Positions 20,610 through 37,783 of a DNA stretch of 64,000 nt are shown one piece after another (position 1 is the first letter of the stretch; each line of letters starts with the position of its first letter). A program made the translations under genes and the position numbers. The notes below the pieces were generated by a model. It searched no databases and had not been told where the DNA came from. It worked only from the letters and a program-made list of their open reading frames with translations. The stretch comes from the human T2T-CHM13v2.0 reference genome, Homo sapiens, in NCBI RefSeq assembly GCF_009914755.1, contig NC_060941.1, one strand, 5' to 3'.

Positions 20610-20913
20610 CAGTGGTTCTCAACTTTGGCTACAAGTTAGGATTACCTGGTGAGCTTTAGAAAATACCATTGCCTGGGTCCAGCCATAGACATTTTGATTT
20701 AATCAATCTTGGTGCCAGATTGGACTCTGGGATATTTAAACACTCCCTAGGTGATTCTAATGTGCAGCCAAATTCCTGGACTCATTTGGAGTTTTTGTGT
20801 TGCATTTGTGAGTTTTAAAAATCAGATTCCTGAGCTGCACCTCCAGGGGTTCTGACATCTATATAAAAGCTCCCCAGGTGATTCTAAAGTGAAGCTTGAT
20901 TGAGGGCCACTGT
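20610..20913. mobile_element. MER5-family hAT fragments
   Basis: cagtggttctcaactttggct...gattacctgg; two ccc..aggtgattctaa motifs. Confidence 0.6.
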
Positions 20914-20950
20914 TCTGTGCTTACATATTTTTATTAATATTTTGTTTTGG

Positions 20951-22200
<1,250 letters not shown>

Positions 22201-22284
22201 CTGATTTTTTATCTTCACTTAGCAATATATCATGAACATTTGCCTTTGTTAGTAAATATTCTTCTATAGCAAGAATATTGAATA

Positions 22285-22493
22285 TTAGTTGGCAAGCTTT
22301 TTCTATAAAGGTCTAGGTAGCAAATGTTTCAGGCTTTGTGGGCCATACAGTTTGTTGCAACTCTGTTGTTCTAGCATGAAAACAGCCATAGACAACACAT
22401 AAACAAATGAGTGTGGCTGTGTTTCAATAAAACTTTATTTACAAAAACAGGATGGACATTCATTTGGCTTGTGGGTGTGTTTCCTGACTCCTG
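22285..22493. mobile_element. MER58A hAT-Charlie element
   Basis: caggctttgtgggccata...gtgtggctgtgtttcaataaaactttatttacaaaaacagg. Confidence 0.75.
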
Positions 22494-22815
22494 TCTTATA
22501 GCACGGTTTCTTTTTTAGAGCTCACTAAGATCCCATTGTATGTCTACTCTGCAATTTTTATTCTCTTAACCTTGAATATTTAGTTCATTTCCATTTTTTA
22601 ATATTACAGAGAATCACTGCAAGTAATATCTGTGCATCTTTGTCTCCCCTGTCCACCCCCAAGATAAATTTCTAAAAGTGTATTGATGGGCCATGGGTTT
22701 TGCCTAATTTTTAGAGCTTGCGACTCAAATTGCCCAGTGGCCCTTCAGGAAGTACAGGAGAGGGCTGCCCACTTCTTGCATCTTTGCCAAAACTGGGTAT
22801 TAAAATTCCTTTTAA

Positions 22816-23288
<473 letters not shown>

Positions 23289-24044
23289 TGAAACTGCCCC
23301 AAGGGACAGTCAGATAAAACAAATTACTTGCTTCAGAAGCAAACCCTGTCTGTCAAGTTATTGGATACAAGCTGAGACCCCAGAGCCCTGCTCACAGATA
23401 AGTATTCAGTGGAGAAAGTAGGAAGATTACTATAAGTCTGAAGTTAAATATCCTCTTTTTCCGACCTCCAGTAAAGGGAAATGTATTTTGGAACTTATGT
23501 AAAAATGTCTTTGTGATTTTTGCCTTAGAAAACAAACCTGACTCCTTTGTTTTAAGTCCAAGGGCTGATGGTCCACCCCCAGGGATGGGGGGTGTGTCCT
23601 GTCACACAGGAGGTGGTGCTTTGTGTGGCTTCCAGTCTCTGCTGGCTCTTTAGGAGTTCAATTTGGGAAAGGGAAAAATAAGGCAACTTAAGTTGCTGCC
23701 ATCAGTTCCTGGGATGAATGGCTAAGTGATGATGCTGATGAACAATTTGCAGCTAAGAGGCTGTTTGGGAGTTGAAGAATAGCCCATGATTGCAGATAAA
23801 CACCACCTGCCATGCTGTCCACCGCAGCCCCCCTTCTACTTGGGAGGCAGAGGTTCTCCTTTTCCTTCTCTCTCCATTGCTTTTATGCTAATGCTTTAGA
23901 GCTGGATGAGAAAACCGGATTTATAGAAAGTCTAGTTGGTTCCTCTGGCAAAAGCCATTTCCAATTGAAGCTTGTCTACATTTTAACTAAATCAGAAAAA
24001 TGGTGGCTGCAGAGGCTCTTTAAAAAAAAAAAGAAAAAATTATT

Positions 24045-24351
24045 GGCCGGGCGCGGTGGCTCACGCCTGTAATCCCAGCACTTTGGGAGGCCGAGGGGCG
24101 CAGATCACGAGGTCAGGAGATCAAGACCATCCTGGCTAACGCGGTGAAACCCCGTCTCTACTAAAAATACAAAAAATTAGCTGGGCATGGTGGTGGGCGC
24201 CTGTAGTCGCAGCTACTCGGGAGGATGAGGCAGGAGAATGGCATGAAAACCCAGGAGGCGGAGCTTGCAGTGAGCCGAGACTGAGCCACTGCACTCCAGC
24301 TTAGGCGACAGAGCCAGACTCCACCTCAAAAAAAAAAAAAAAAAAAAAAAA
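24045..24351 (+). mobile_element. AluY
   Basis: CpG-rich dimer, ~24-nt pure A tail. Confidence 0.9.
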
Positions 24352-25069
24352 GTTTACCCTACTTTCAAGCCAACGAGTTATTTTTTTGTTTATTATTATT
24401 ATTTTATTTATTTATTTGCTTTTTGCAGAGGCTCTTTCCTGGTCCTTGATGGTCCCCTTTGTGTGGACTGTGGACATCATGATTGTTGGAATGCAGATTC
24501 CATGGCCCTACACCGGATCCCTGGTAGGCTGGGAATCTGCATTTTGACAAGCTTGCCTAGGTGATTTCATAAACTCTAAGGCAGTGGGTCCTAAACCTAG
24601 GTGAGCCTCATAATTAATTGGAGGGTGTTAAAAACTATAGATCATCAAGCCCTGGTCCCTGGAGATCCCGATTCCACAGGCCAGAATCTGTGGAAGAGTT
24701 CTTGCAAGGGACTCATGGAAGCAGCCAGGTCTAGGAATTACTACCTTAAGGAAATTACTGGAGGTGAAATATTCAGACTCTCTTATTCATTCTACAAGAC
24801 CTAGAGCAGAAGAGGCCAGAAGGGGGCCGGAGGTGCCAGGATCCTTTCTGGGGCTGCCTTTGTGTTTATCTTTGGACCTGGGCTGATTGCTTGGAACCAG
24901 GCAAGCAGTAACTACAGAGTTTAGAAGCACTTTGGATCAGCCCCTCATTTGCTTGTGGGAGGGAATTGCAACCGCAGACACTCGTTTCATCACTGAGCAT
25001 GTCTGAGCTGGGGGAGGATATGGGGTGGGATGGCAAGGGCATTGGACTAAGCAGGCCTAAAATATTTTG

Positions 25070-26065
<996 letters not shown>

Positions 26066-26091
26066 TAGTCTGGGTGTGGTTCATGCTACTG

Positions 26092-26276
26092 GATAGGTTA
26101 CACTCTATACAAATGAAGGATTCTGCCCAGGACCAATAAGAGGCAGAGCTCTGCCCAGGACCAATCAAAGGCATCCCATCTGTGACCTATGAGCAAATGA
26201 AGGTTTCAGAATGGACCATTTACAGAAATTCCCGTTTTTGACATAAGGGAGGGGAGGTTCAGAGAGGGAAGGGCCT
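26092..26276 (-). repeat. Inverted 185-bp copy of the adjacent LTR interior (26479-26663)
   Basis: Manual reverse-complement alignment: about 10 mismatches in 185 nt, no gaps. Confidence 0.92.
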
Positions 26277-26361
26277 ATCCAGTGGCTCATGCCTGAAATC
26301 CCAGCATTTTGAGAGGCTGAGGCTGGAGGATGGCTTGAGGCCAGGAGTTTGAGGCTGCAAT

Positions 26362-26889
26362 TGAGGCAGGAGAATAGTGTCTGGAGGCAGGAAACCTAAG
26401 GCCAACCCACAGCTGCCTTCTTGGAATTGGACTGAAAGAAAAACCCCACCTTTCCATGACCAAGTGATGAGGGGCCAAAGGCCCCTCTCTCTCTGAACCT
26501 CCCCTCCCTTATGTCAAAAATGGGAATTTCTGTAAATGGTCCATTCTGAAATCTTCATTTGCTCATAGGTCACAAGTGGGATGCCTCTGATTGGTCCTGG
26601 GCAGAGTTCTGCGTCTTATTGGTCCTGGGCAGAATCTTTCATTTGTATAGAGTGTAACCTATCAGACGCTGCTAAAGGGTGCTTAGGGGTGTTACCATGC
26701 TCTTTCAATTCAATGAAAACCCCAAGAAACTTTACAATCAGGGTTCTTGAGCCACTCTGTGGAGTGCACTTTCACTTCAATAAATGTATGCTTTCATCTT
26801 CTATTGTTTTGTCTGTGCATTTTGTTCAATTCTTTGTTCAACACGCCAAAAACCTGGACAACTCAGTCAAGGCTTCCCATCCTATAACA
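26362..26889 (+). mobile_element. MER51-family ERV1 solo LTR inserted in an old Alu monomer (~26068-26975)
   Basis: Starts tgaggcaggagaatag..ctggaggcaggaaacctaaggcc, ends taaca; 4-bp TSD caat (26358-26361, 26890-26893); tandem attgg boxes and aataaa. Confidence 0.85.
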
Positions 26890-27969
26890 CAATGAGCTAT
26901 GATTGTGCCACTGCACTCAGTCTGGGCGACAGAGTGAGACCCTGCCTCTACAATAATAATAATAATAAAATAAAAGTAGATTTGTGCAATGGAACACTAT
27001 GCAGGCATTAAAAAAATCATTCATTATGAAGACCATGTAGCAACAAGGAAAACATTTATAAATGTTTAGTGAAAATAGCAGAACCCCAGATGGTATACCC
27101 TTTGACTATAACCGTGCACACTGAGAGAGAGCATGTAGACAGGGCCAGGAGGTAACATGCAAAACAGGGTAGTTGTGCAGAGGATAGGCTTATAGTTACT
27201 TTTTTCTTTGCCAAAATTAAAAACAATTTTACTGTTACATTCTTTTTTCATAATAGGAATGACTAATTCCTGCCCTTCTACCATGCTGGCTTGTTCAGCG
27301 GACCAAATGAAAAACTGAGAAAACTGTTGTGTCTTCCCGTAGGATGTTGGAGTGAATCTACCATGCATGACTCATGTTTCCATCCCTATCATCCTGGGTA
27401 GGGAAGCACCAAGCTGAGGACTCTGGATCCTTTCAGGCTCTAATGACAATGCACATCCAGCATTTGTGGAGTATGTATACAGTTGTCTGGGCCAACTACT
27501 GTGGGAAGAGGAAAAGAAGTCACATTGCTACTGGTCATCAAGAGCTCACAAAATAGATGTAGACATCATTTGGGGCTATCTACTTATCCTAGTGATTCTC
27601 AACTGAGGTTGATACTTAAATTTTTTTTTTTCATTTTCTTTTTTTTTTAAGTTTCAAGAGGTTGATACTTTTGATTGTCACAATGATTGGCTTTTGATTG
27701 TCACAATGATTGGGAGCGTTATTACCACTCACATATAGTAAATGAAGGATGGGATAGTCCTACACAAAAAATTATCTAGCTCCAAATGTCCTCAGTGTCT
27801 CTGATGAGAAACACTGATCTAGTCCATAGTCAGGGCTGCCAGGTATGGGTGTGCAGGTTGCCCACTGTACAACTCTTAAGGGAACCATTCACCTGGTGGC
27901 TAAGTGTGTCAATTCTGAAACCATACTGCCTGAGTTCCAGTGCCAACTGGAACTGCCCCCCACCCCCTA

Positions 27970-28268
27970 CTTCTTTTTTTTTTTTTGAGACCGAGTCTTT
28001 CTCCACCACCCAGGCTGCAGTCCAGTGGCACAGTCACAGCTCACTGCAGACTCTACCTCCCGGGCTCAAGTGATTCTCCTACCTCAGCCTCTTGAATAGC
28101 TGGGACCACAGGCACCACCACCACACCTGGTTACTTTTTAAATTTTTTGTAGAGATAAGGTCTCCCTATGTTGCCCAGGCTGGACTCAAAACTCTGAGGC
28201 TCAGGTGATCCTCCTGCCTCGGCCTCCCAAAGTGCTGGGATTACAGGTGTGAGCCACCGGACCTGGCC
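27970..28268 (-). mobile_element. AluJ
   Basis: Antisense dimer. Confidence 0.8.
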
Positions 28269-29442
28269 TGGAAGCTCTTGAACATATTGCTTATCTTCTG
28301 TGGACCTCAGTTTCCTCATTTATAAAATGGGAAGAGCAATAGTAATATAACTCATACTGATAACATAAGAATATGTTATCAATAATATATGTTCCTGCAC
28401 ATAGCAGACATTCAATTCATGTTCAATGATTATTATTCTCTGAGATCTGACTTCCCCATTGACTGGGGTGGGGCCCTGGTGTCTACTCCCTGATAAAGAC
28501 CACGTATGCCTGGATTCCTGCTCTCCCTGAGGCTTAACTTTCCTGGTTCCACCTGTAATCTCATTGAGAACTCCCATTGTTGCCTAAACTTGCTTGAGAT
28601 GGTTTTTGTAATCTACAACCAGAAGTCTTAATTACTAAGACAAGGTGAAAAGACTCACCTGTAGGAAACACAGTAGATAATACAAAAGGGCTTTCAAGTT
28701 AGTGTGAGACTGCTTGGCATAGAAAGACGATAAATGCCACAGACAAAACCTAATCGTAACTGAAATAAATAAATTCGAACAACAAATTGTTAAGTGAATG
28801 GAATGCAGCTAGCTAGGATCTCATGCTCTGTTCTAAGAAAACAGACAGGTCAAACAATCAGGACCAGTCCAGACATGTGTCTGGGAAGTTAAAGGAAAGA
28901 GACCCTGTCCCTCAAAACCTTCCTTACTAGTGACTCATGTCTTCGTTTACCAGGAGGTCTTCTTTGAAAATATGAATGTTTCTGGGAAGGGTAATCCAGA
29001 AACCTACTGAGGCTCACCCTACTAGGAATGTATTTACCATTTTTCTTTTCTTTCATGTCTGTTCATTGAGAACACAGAGAATGTATTTATTCAGTGACTT
29101 TCTCTCTCCTCCACTTCCCAACCCCAGCTACAAATGGGGACAGCAAGAGAGAGAAAACCTGGGGAGAACGGAAGAAACCATGCTTTGTAGAATGGATCCT
29201 GCTTCAGAATTGCTGATCTCATCAACCACATGTTTATAGAGAGAGCAGTGGCCCTTAAGGAACTGGAGAGAATGCTCTGATTTACTTCTGTCCGGCATGG
29301 TGAACAGCAGGATTGGCTGTAGCTGTTCTCTTTGCCAAGGACAGATCTGATCTGATTGCCTTGAGGTGAAAGTGAGGTAAGGTGGGGCGGGGATTAGCTT
29401 TTGGCTCCCAAGAATGGTTGTTCATCAACCTTTTGCTAAGCC

Positions 29443-29631
29443 CGTGGTTCTCAAATTTTGCTGCATGTTAGAATCACCTGGGAAGCTTTAAAAAAACATC
29501 TCAGTACCCAGGTTGTACCTCAGACCAATTAAATCTGAATGCCTGGGGGCGGTTGCCAGGCATCAGAAGTTTTCAAAGACCTCCCCCAACCAGGTGGTTC
29601 CTGGACATGTACCCACGTCCGGGAACCACTG
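29443..29631. mobile_element. MER5A-family hAT element
   Basis: gtggttctcaaa...tagaatcacctggg...cagaccaattaaatc...gggaaccactg. Confidence 0.7.
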
Positions 29632-29974
29632 TCCTCAGCATTTATTGTATGAGGCAACTTAGGTGACACACAACAGGTGAGAACCTGGCTCCTGCCTTTC
29701 GGACACAGGACTTAATTTTTTTTTTATTTTTTAAATTATGCAGTAAAATTTTTTCTGTTGGTGTACAGGTCTATGAATTTTTTTATACTGAGTTTTTCAT
29801 ACTGCCTGAGTACAATTTAATGGTATACCATAAAGTATACCATAATTTTATGGTATACCGTAACATTTTACATACCATAATTTTATTTTTATAAAGTATA
29901 CCCACAATTTTATGGTATACCATAAAACTAGTATAGTATACCACAAAATTTACCCTTTTAAATTATACAATTCA

Positions 29975-30079
29975 ATGCTCACTTCAGCAGCACATATACT
30001 AAAATTGGAATGATACAAAGAAAATTAGCATGACCCTTGCTCAAAGATGACACTGTAATTTGTGAAGTGTTCCATATTT
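29975..30079 (+). pseudogene. RNU6: U6 snRNA processed pseudogene
   Basis: Full-length U6 match (tgctcacttcagcagcacatatactaaaattggaa...gttccatattt), ACAGAGA box mutated, A tail, degenerate 15-bp TSD 29960-29974/30097-30111. Confidence 0.93.
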
Positions 30080-30111
30080 AAAAAAAAATTTTTTTTAAAG
30101 TGTACAACTCA

Positions 30112-31050
<939 letters not shown>

Positions 31051-31119
31051 AAAGAGAGGAAAACAAGTTACCAAATTATACAATTATCTGTTCAGACCTA
31101 GATTTACAAGAAAAAAAAT

Positions 31120-33135
<2,016 letters not shown>

Positions 33136-34667
33136 GGACACAATACTTTTTGTACATGTGTCTGATGAGAGAAAGGTATGGAATTAACATTTACTGAGCA
33201 CCTACTATGTGCTGGACGTTGTAGTGGATTGCTGGAGGAATAGGGATATAAGTAAGATAGAGTCCCTATCCTCAAGAGAGGTTTCCTGGAGGAGGGGTGA
33301 AGTTTGGACACTACTGTCTATACTACAGGCAGAAATTTTTGTAGAGACGGGGTCTCACTATGTTGTCCAGGCTGGTCTTGAGCTCTTGGGCTCAGGCGAT
33401 CCTCTGAGCCACAATAAGGTAGAAGAGGGAAATGTAGAGCCAAGTGGTTACAAGTAAGGACTTTGGAGTCAGTTTGTCTGGTCCCAGCTGCAGCACTTAC
33501 CACCTGTATGTCCTTGGGCAAGTTACTAAATCTCTCAGTACCTCGGTTTCTTCATTAGCAAAATTAGGGCAGTAATAATGCCCATGGAAGGGCTGGGGGT
33601 ACGAAATGAGAGGGTGTAGGTGGCAAAGGGAAACTCTCCACTCTTATCTACTGTATTATCATTTATTTGGGTAGCAACGTTGTTCTGTGGCCATCAGGGG
33701 AAGCTACCCTCCACCTCCTGGAGGAGGTGTCATTGGAGCTGAACCTCAAGGCCTGGAAAGACTTCCAGAAGCTGAGATGGGTGCATTGAAGTGGTGGAAG
33801 CTGCTCTTTAGAACCTATATTTTGCCCCAAACCATATATTCCTCCCCAAAGAGAGAAGTTTTCCTCTTTCTTGTTCCATCCCCTCCTCTCTTCATCCTGC
33901 GCTGTCCTCTCATCAAGTCTTTTTCTTTCTTTTCCCTGTCTCTCCTTCTCACCTGCCAGAGGCTTCTATGGGCCCCTCTTGTGTCCTTGGCCTTATGAAG
34001 TCACCGACACTTGGGTTATGGGCTGCTGCTCTGAGGCTGCAGGGTCACCTTCGGCCCCTCGATGGGGACTTTACACTCTACTCCAAACAGAAGCAGGATG
34101 CTGTCTTGGGGATTCTTTCCCCCTGCAGTCTGGTGCCCTGGTGCCAGTGCTCAGGGAATGAATTTAGTGCTGGGTCACTTCCAGTACAAATTATTGAGCA
34201 ATTTTCTGTGTGGACATCAGGCCTATGTTGAGACAACAGCTCTGCCAGTTCGAGCTTGTTCCGTTAATAATTTACTGGCGGAGAAATGGGAGTTAAATGA
34301 GCCAGGAGGCATATTTTGCATGAACTTTGAGGGTACCTCTGACAGCAGTTCATGTAATTTGTCCGGGAAGATACTAAAGCTGTCTGAAATCTAATGTCCT
34401 GCCTGCCACACTGACCCTTTGGATCCATTTTATTAACACAGTTGGCTTTGATTTATGTTTATTTTATTGCTTTGGTTTCTCTTCTGAACTCATAACCAGA
34501 GTGGTGGTGCATGTGGAAAATGGCTCTGTGAAGAATTAGGTTCCCAGGTGTGCTTGTGGAAGGAAACCTAGCAGCAGCTGTGGGTTTTTCTCGGCTTTGC
34601 AGGACTGGGATGTCTTGTGGCAAAACTGCCCCTTTCTGAGTGACTGGCCACTGTGTGTGTGCAAGGC

Positions 34668-35137
<470 letters not shown>

Positions 35138-35335
35138 AGTGTGTGCCATGGTCCACATTCCCAATTCTTTATGTTGAACCTAGGTGATTCGCCAAGTTTA
35201 TTCTGTTCTTTCTGGGGCCATCCCAAAATCCTTAAGGAGGCTATGGCAACTCTGTCCCAGTGTCTTACAGGCCCACCAGCCAAGATATCTGAAAACACAT
35301 ACAGATAAAAAGTTTGCTTAAAAAAAATCAGTTAC

Positions 35336-35560
35336 GGCCTCTTCCCGGCCACCATCCCATCTAGGAAGTGAGGAGCGTCTCTGCCCGGCCACCCATCGTC
35401 TGAGATGTGGGGAGCGCCTCTGCCCCGCCGCCCCGTCTGGGATGTGAGGAGCGCTTCGGCCCGGCCGCGACCCCGTCTGGGAGGTGAGGAGCGTCTCTGC
35501 CCGGCCGCCCCGTCTGAGAAGTGAGGAGACCCTCCACCTGGCAACTGCCCCATCTGAGAA
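35336..35560 (+). mobile_element. SVA VNTR fragment from a second SVA, part of the 5' transduction
   Basis: Colinear with 36198-36422 of the main SVA but ~15 mismatches in 225 nt. Confidence 0.9.
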
Positions 35561-35889
35561 CGGCATTCCAGATTTTTCTGCAGTCCAGAATAGAGCACCA
35601 CCACCATAGCATTTCAAGCTCATTCTAAGTTCATCTTATCAATGACAAGAGGAGACACGTTGTTCATTCATGTATGAGGTAGTACTTTCCAATTGAAGAC
35701 ATTGCTTTGAAAGAGACTGCCAAATTGGTTTCATTGAGAAGGAATGAAAGAAGCTAAAAGGCTTTCACCTGAGATTTGACAATAGCCAGAAAACCTCTGT
35801 TAATAATGAATGTTTCCCTATCTGCAAAGTGAAGATATGTTTCAATGCTTCAACGCATAGGAAGTCTGTAGAACAGTGCAAAGAATATA
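35561..35889 (+). other. Captured unique sequence inside the SVA insertion (5' transduction)
   Basis: Non-repeat-looking DNA lying inside the insertion TSDs. Confidence 0.8.
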
Positions 35890-35957
35890 CAGGCATACCT
35901 TGAAGATATTACAGTTTTGGTTCCAGACCATCATAAAAAGGTGGATATTGCAATAAG
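35890..35957 (-). mobile_element. Tigger1 terminal fragment, part of the 5' transduction
   Basis: ta|caggcatacc..gatatt..ggttccagacca..gatattgcaataa matches the Tigger1 end. Confidence 0.75.
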
Positions 35958-37689
35958 GCTGGAGTGCAGTGGCGTGATCTCGGCTCGCACAACCTCCACC
36001 TCCCAGCCGCCTGCCTTGGCCCCCCAAAGTGCCGAGATTGCAGCCTCTGCCCGGCCGCCACCCCGTCTGGGAAGTGAGGAGCGTCTCTGCCTAGCCGCCC
36101 ATCGTCTGGGATGTGAGGAGCCCCTCTGCCTGGCTGCCCAGTCTGGAAAATGAGGAGCGTCTCTGCCCGGCCGCCATCCCATATAGGAAGTGAGGAGGGC
36201 CTCTTCCCGACAGCCATCCCATCTAGGAAGTGAGGAGCGTCTCTGCCCGGCCGCCCATCGTCTGAGATGTGGGTAGCACCTCTGCCCCGCCACCCCGTCC
36301 GGGATGTGAGGAGCGCCTCTACCCGGCCGCGACCCTGTCTGGGAGGTGAGGAGCGTCTCTGCCCGGCCGCCCCGTCTGAGAAGTGAGGAGACCCTCCGCC
36401 TGACAACCGCCCCGTCTGAGAAGTGAGGAGCCCCTCCACCCGGCAGCCTCCCCGTCAGAGAAGTGAGGAGCCCCTCCGCCCGGCAGCCACCCCGTCTGGG
36501 AAGTGAGGAGCGTCTCCGCCCGGCAGCCACCCCGTCCGGGAGGGAGGTGGGGGGGTCAGCCAGCCGCCCCGTCCAGGAGGGAGGTGGGCGGGTCAGCCCC
36601 CTGCCCGGCCGGCCGACCCGTCCAGGAGGGAAGTGGGGGGGTCAGCCCCCCGCCCGGCCAGCCGCCCCGTCCGGGAGGTGAGGGGCGCCTCTGCCCGGCC
36701 GCCCCTACTGGGAAGTGAGGAGCTCCTCTGCCCGGCCAGCCGCCCCGTCCGGGAGGGAGGTGGGGGGGTCAGCCCCCCGCCCGGCCAGCCGCCCCGTCCG
36801 GGAGGGAGGTGGGGGGGTCAGCCCCCCGCCTGGCCAGCCTCCCCGTCCGGGAGGTGAGGGGCGCCTCTGCCTGGCCGCCCCTACTGGGAAGTGAGGAGCC
36901 CCTCTGCCCGGCCAGCCCCCCCGTCCGGGAGGGAGGTGGGGGGGTCAGCTCCCCGCCCGGCCAGCCGCCCCGTCCGGGAGGGAGGTGGGGGGGTCAGCCC
37001 CCCGCCCGGCCAGCCGCCCCGTCCGGGAGGGAGGTGGGGGGGTCAGCCCCCCGCCTGGCCAGCCTCCCCATCCGGGAGGTGAGGGGCGCCTCTGCCTGGC
37101 CGCCCCTACTGGGAAGTGAGGAGCCCCTCTGCCCGGCCGCCACCCCGTCTGGGAGGTGTGCCCAGCAGCTCATTGAGAACGGGCCATGATGACAATGGCG
37201 GTTTTGTGGAACGGAAAGTGGGGAAAGGTGGGGAAAAGACTGAGAGGTTGGATGGTTGCCGTGTCTGTGTAGAAAGAGGTAGACATGGGAGACTTCTCAT
37301 TTTGTTCTGTACTAAGAAAAATTATTCTGCCTTGGGATCCTGTTGATCTGTGACCTTACCCCCAACCCTGTGCTCTCTGAAACATGTGCTGTGTCCACTC
37401 AGGGTTAAATGGATTAAGGGCGGTGCAAGATGTGCTTTGTTAAACAGATGCTTGAAGGCAGCATGCTCGTTAAAAGTCATCACCACTCCCTAATCTCAAG
37501 TACCCCGGGACACAAACACTGCGGAAGGCCGCAGGGTCCTCTGCCTAGGAAAACCAGAGACCTTTGTTCACTTGTTTATCTGCTGACCTTCCCTCCACTA
37601 TTGTCCTATGACCCTGCCAAATCCCCCTCTGCGAGAAACACCCAAGAATGATCAATAAAAAAAAATAAAAAAGAAAAAAAAAAAAAAAA
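35958..37689 (+). mobile_element. SVA retrotransposon (C/D-like) lacking hexamer and 5' Alu-like region
   Basis: Distal Alu-like region, GC-rich VNTR (~36045-37150), SINE-R, AATAAA 37654-37659, poly(A). Confidence 0.97.
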
Positions 37690-37783
37690 GAAACTATCCA
37701 ATCCTCAGCCTGCTCGGCTGCTTACTCTGTTTCACCCATGCCTTCTGTGAAAACAACAGTAAAGGTTTTGCCCAGGGAAAAAA
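37690..37783 (+). other. 3' transduction with second poly(A)
   Basis: ~88 nt after the SVA poly(A), AGTAAA 37758-37763, A run from 37778, then TSD 37784-37799. Confidence 0.85.

Noticed and set aside
29975-30079. Functional U6 genes (here and at 58053)
   Set aside because: ACAGAGA box mutated, CpG decay, no evident PSE/TATA upstream, retroposition hallmarks.
35336-35560. Independent second SVA insertion or local duplication
   Set aside because: No SINE-R, poly(A) or own TSD; lies inside the composite's TSD and is ~7% diverged from the adjacent SVA.
36045-37150. CRISPR-like repeat array
   Set aside because: Tandem SVA VNTR units with no unique spacers; eukaryotic context.
35909-37651. Pro/Arg/Gly-rich ORFs and CpG-island-like composition
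   Set aside because: Explained by the SVA VNTR and SINE-R; not a gene or a promoter CpG island.
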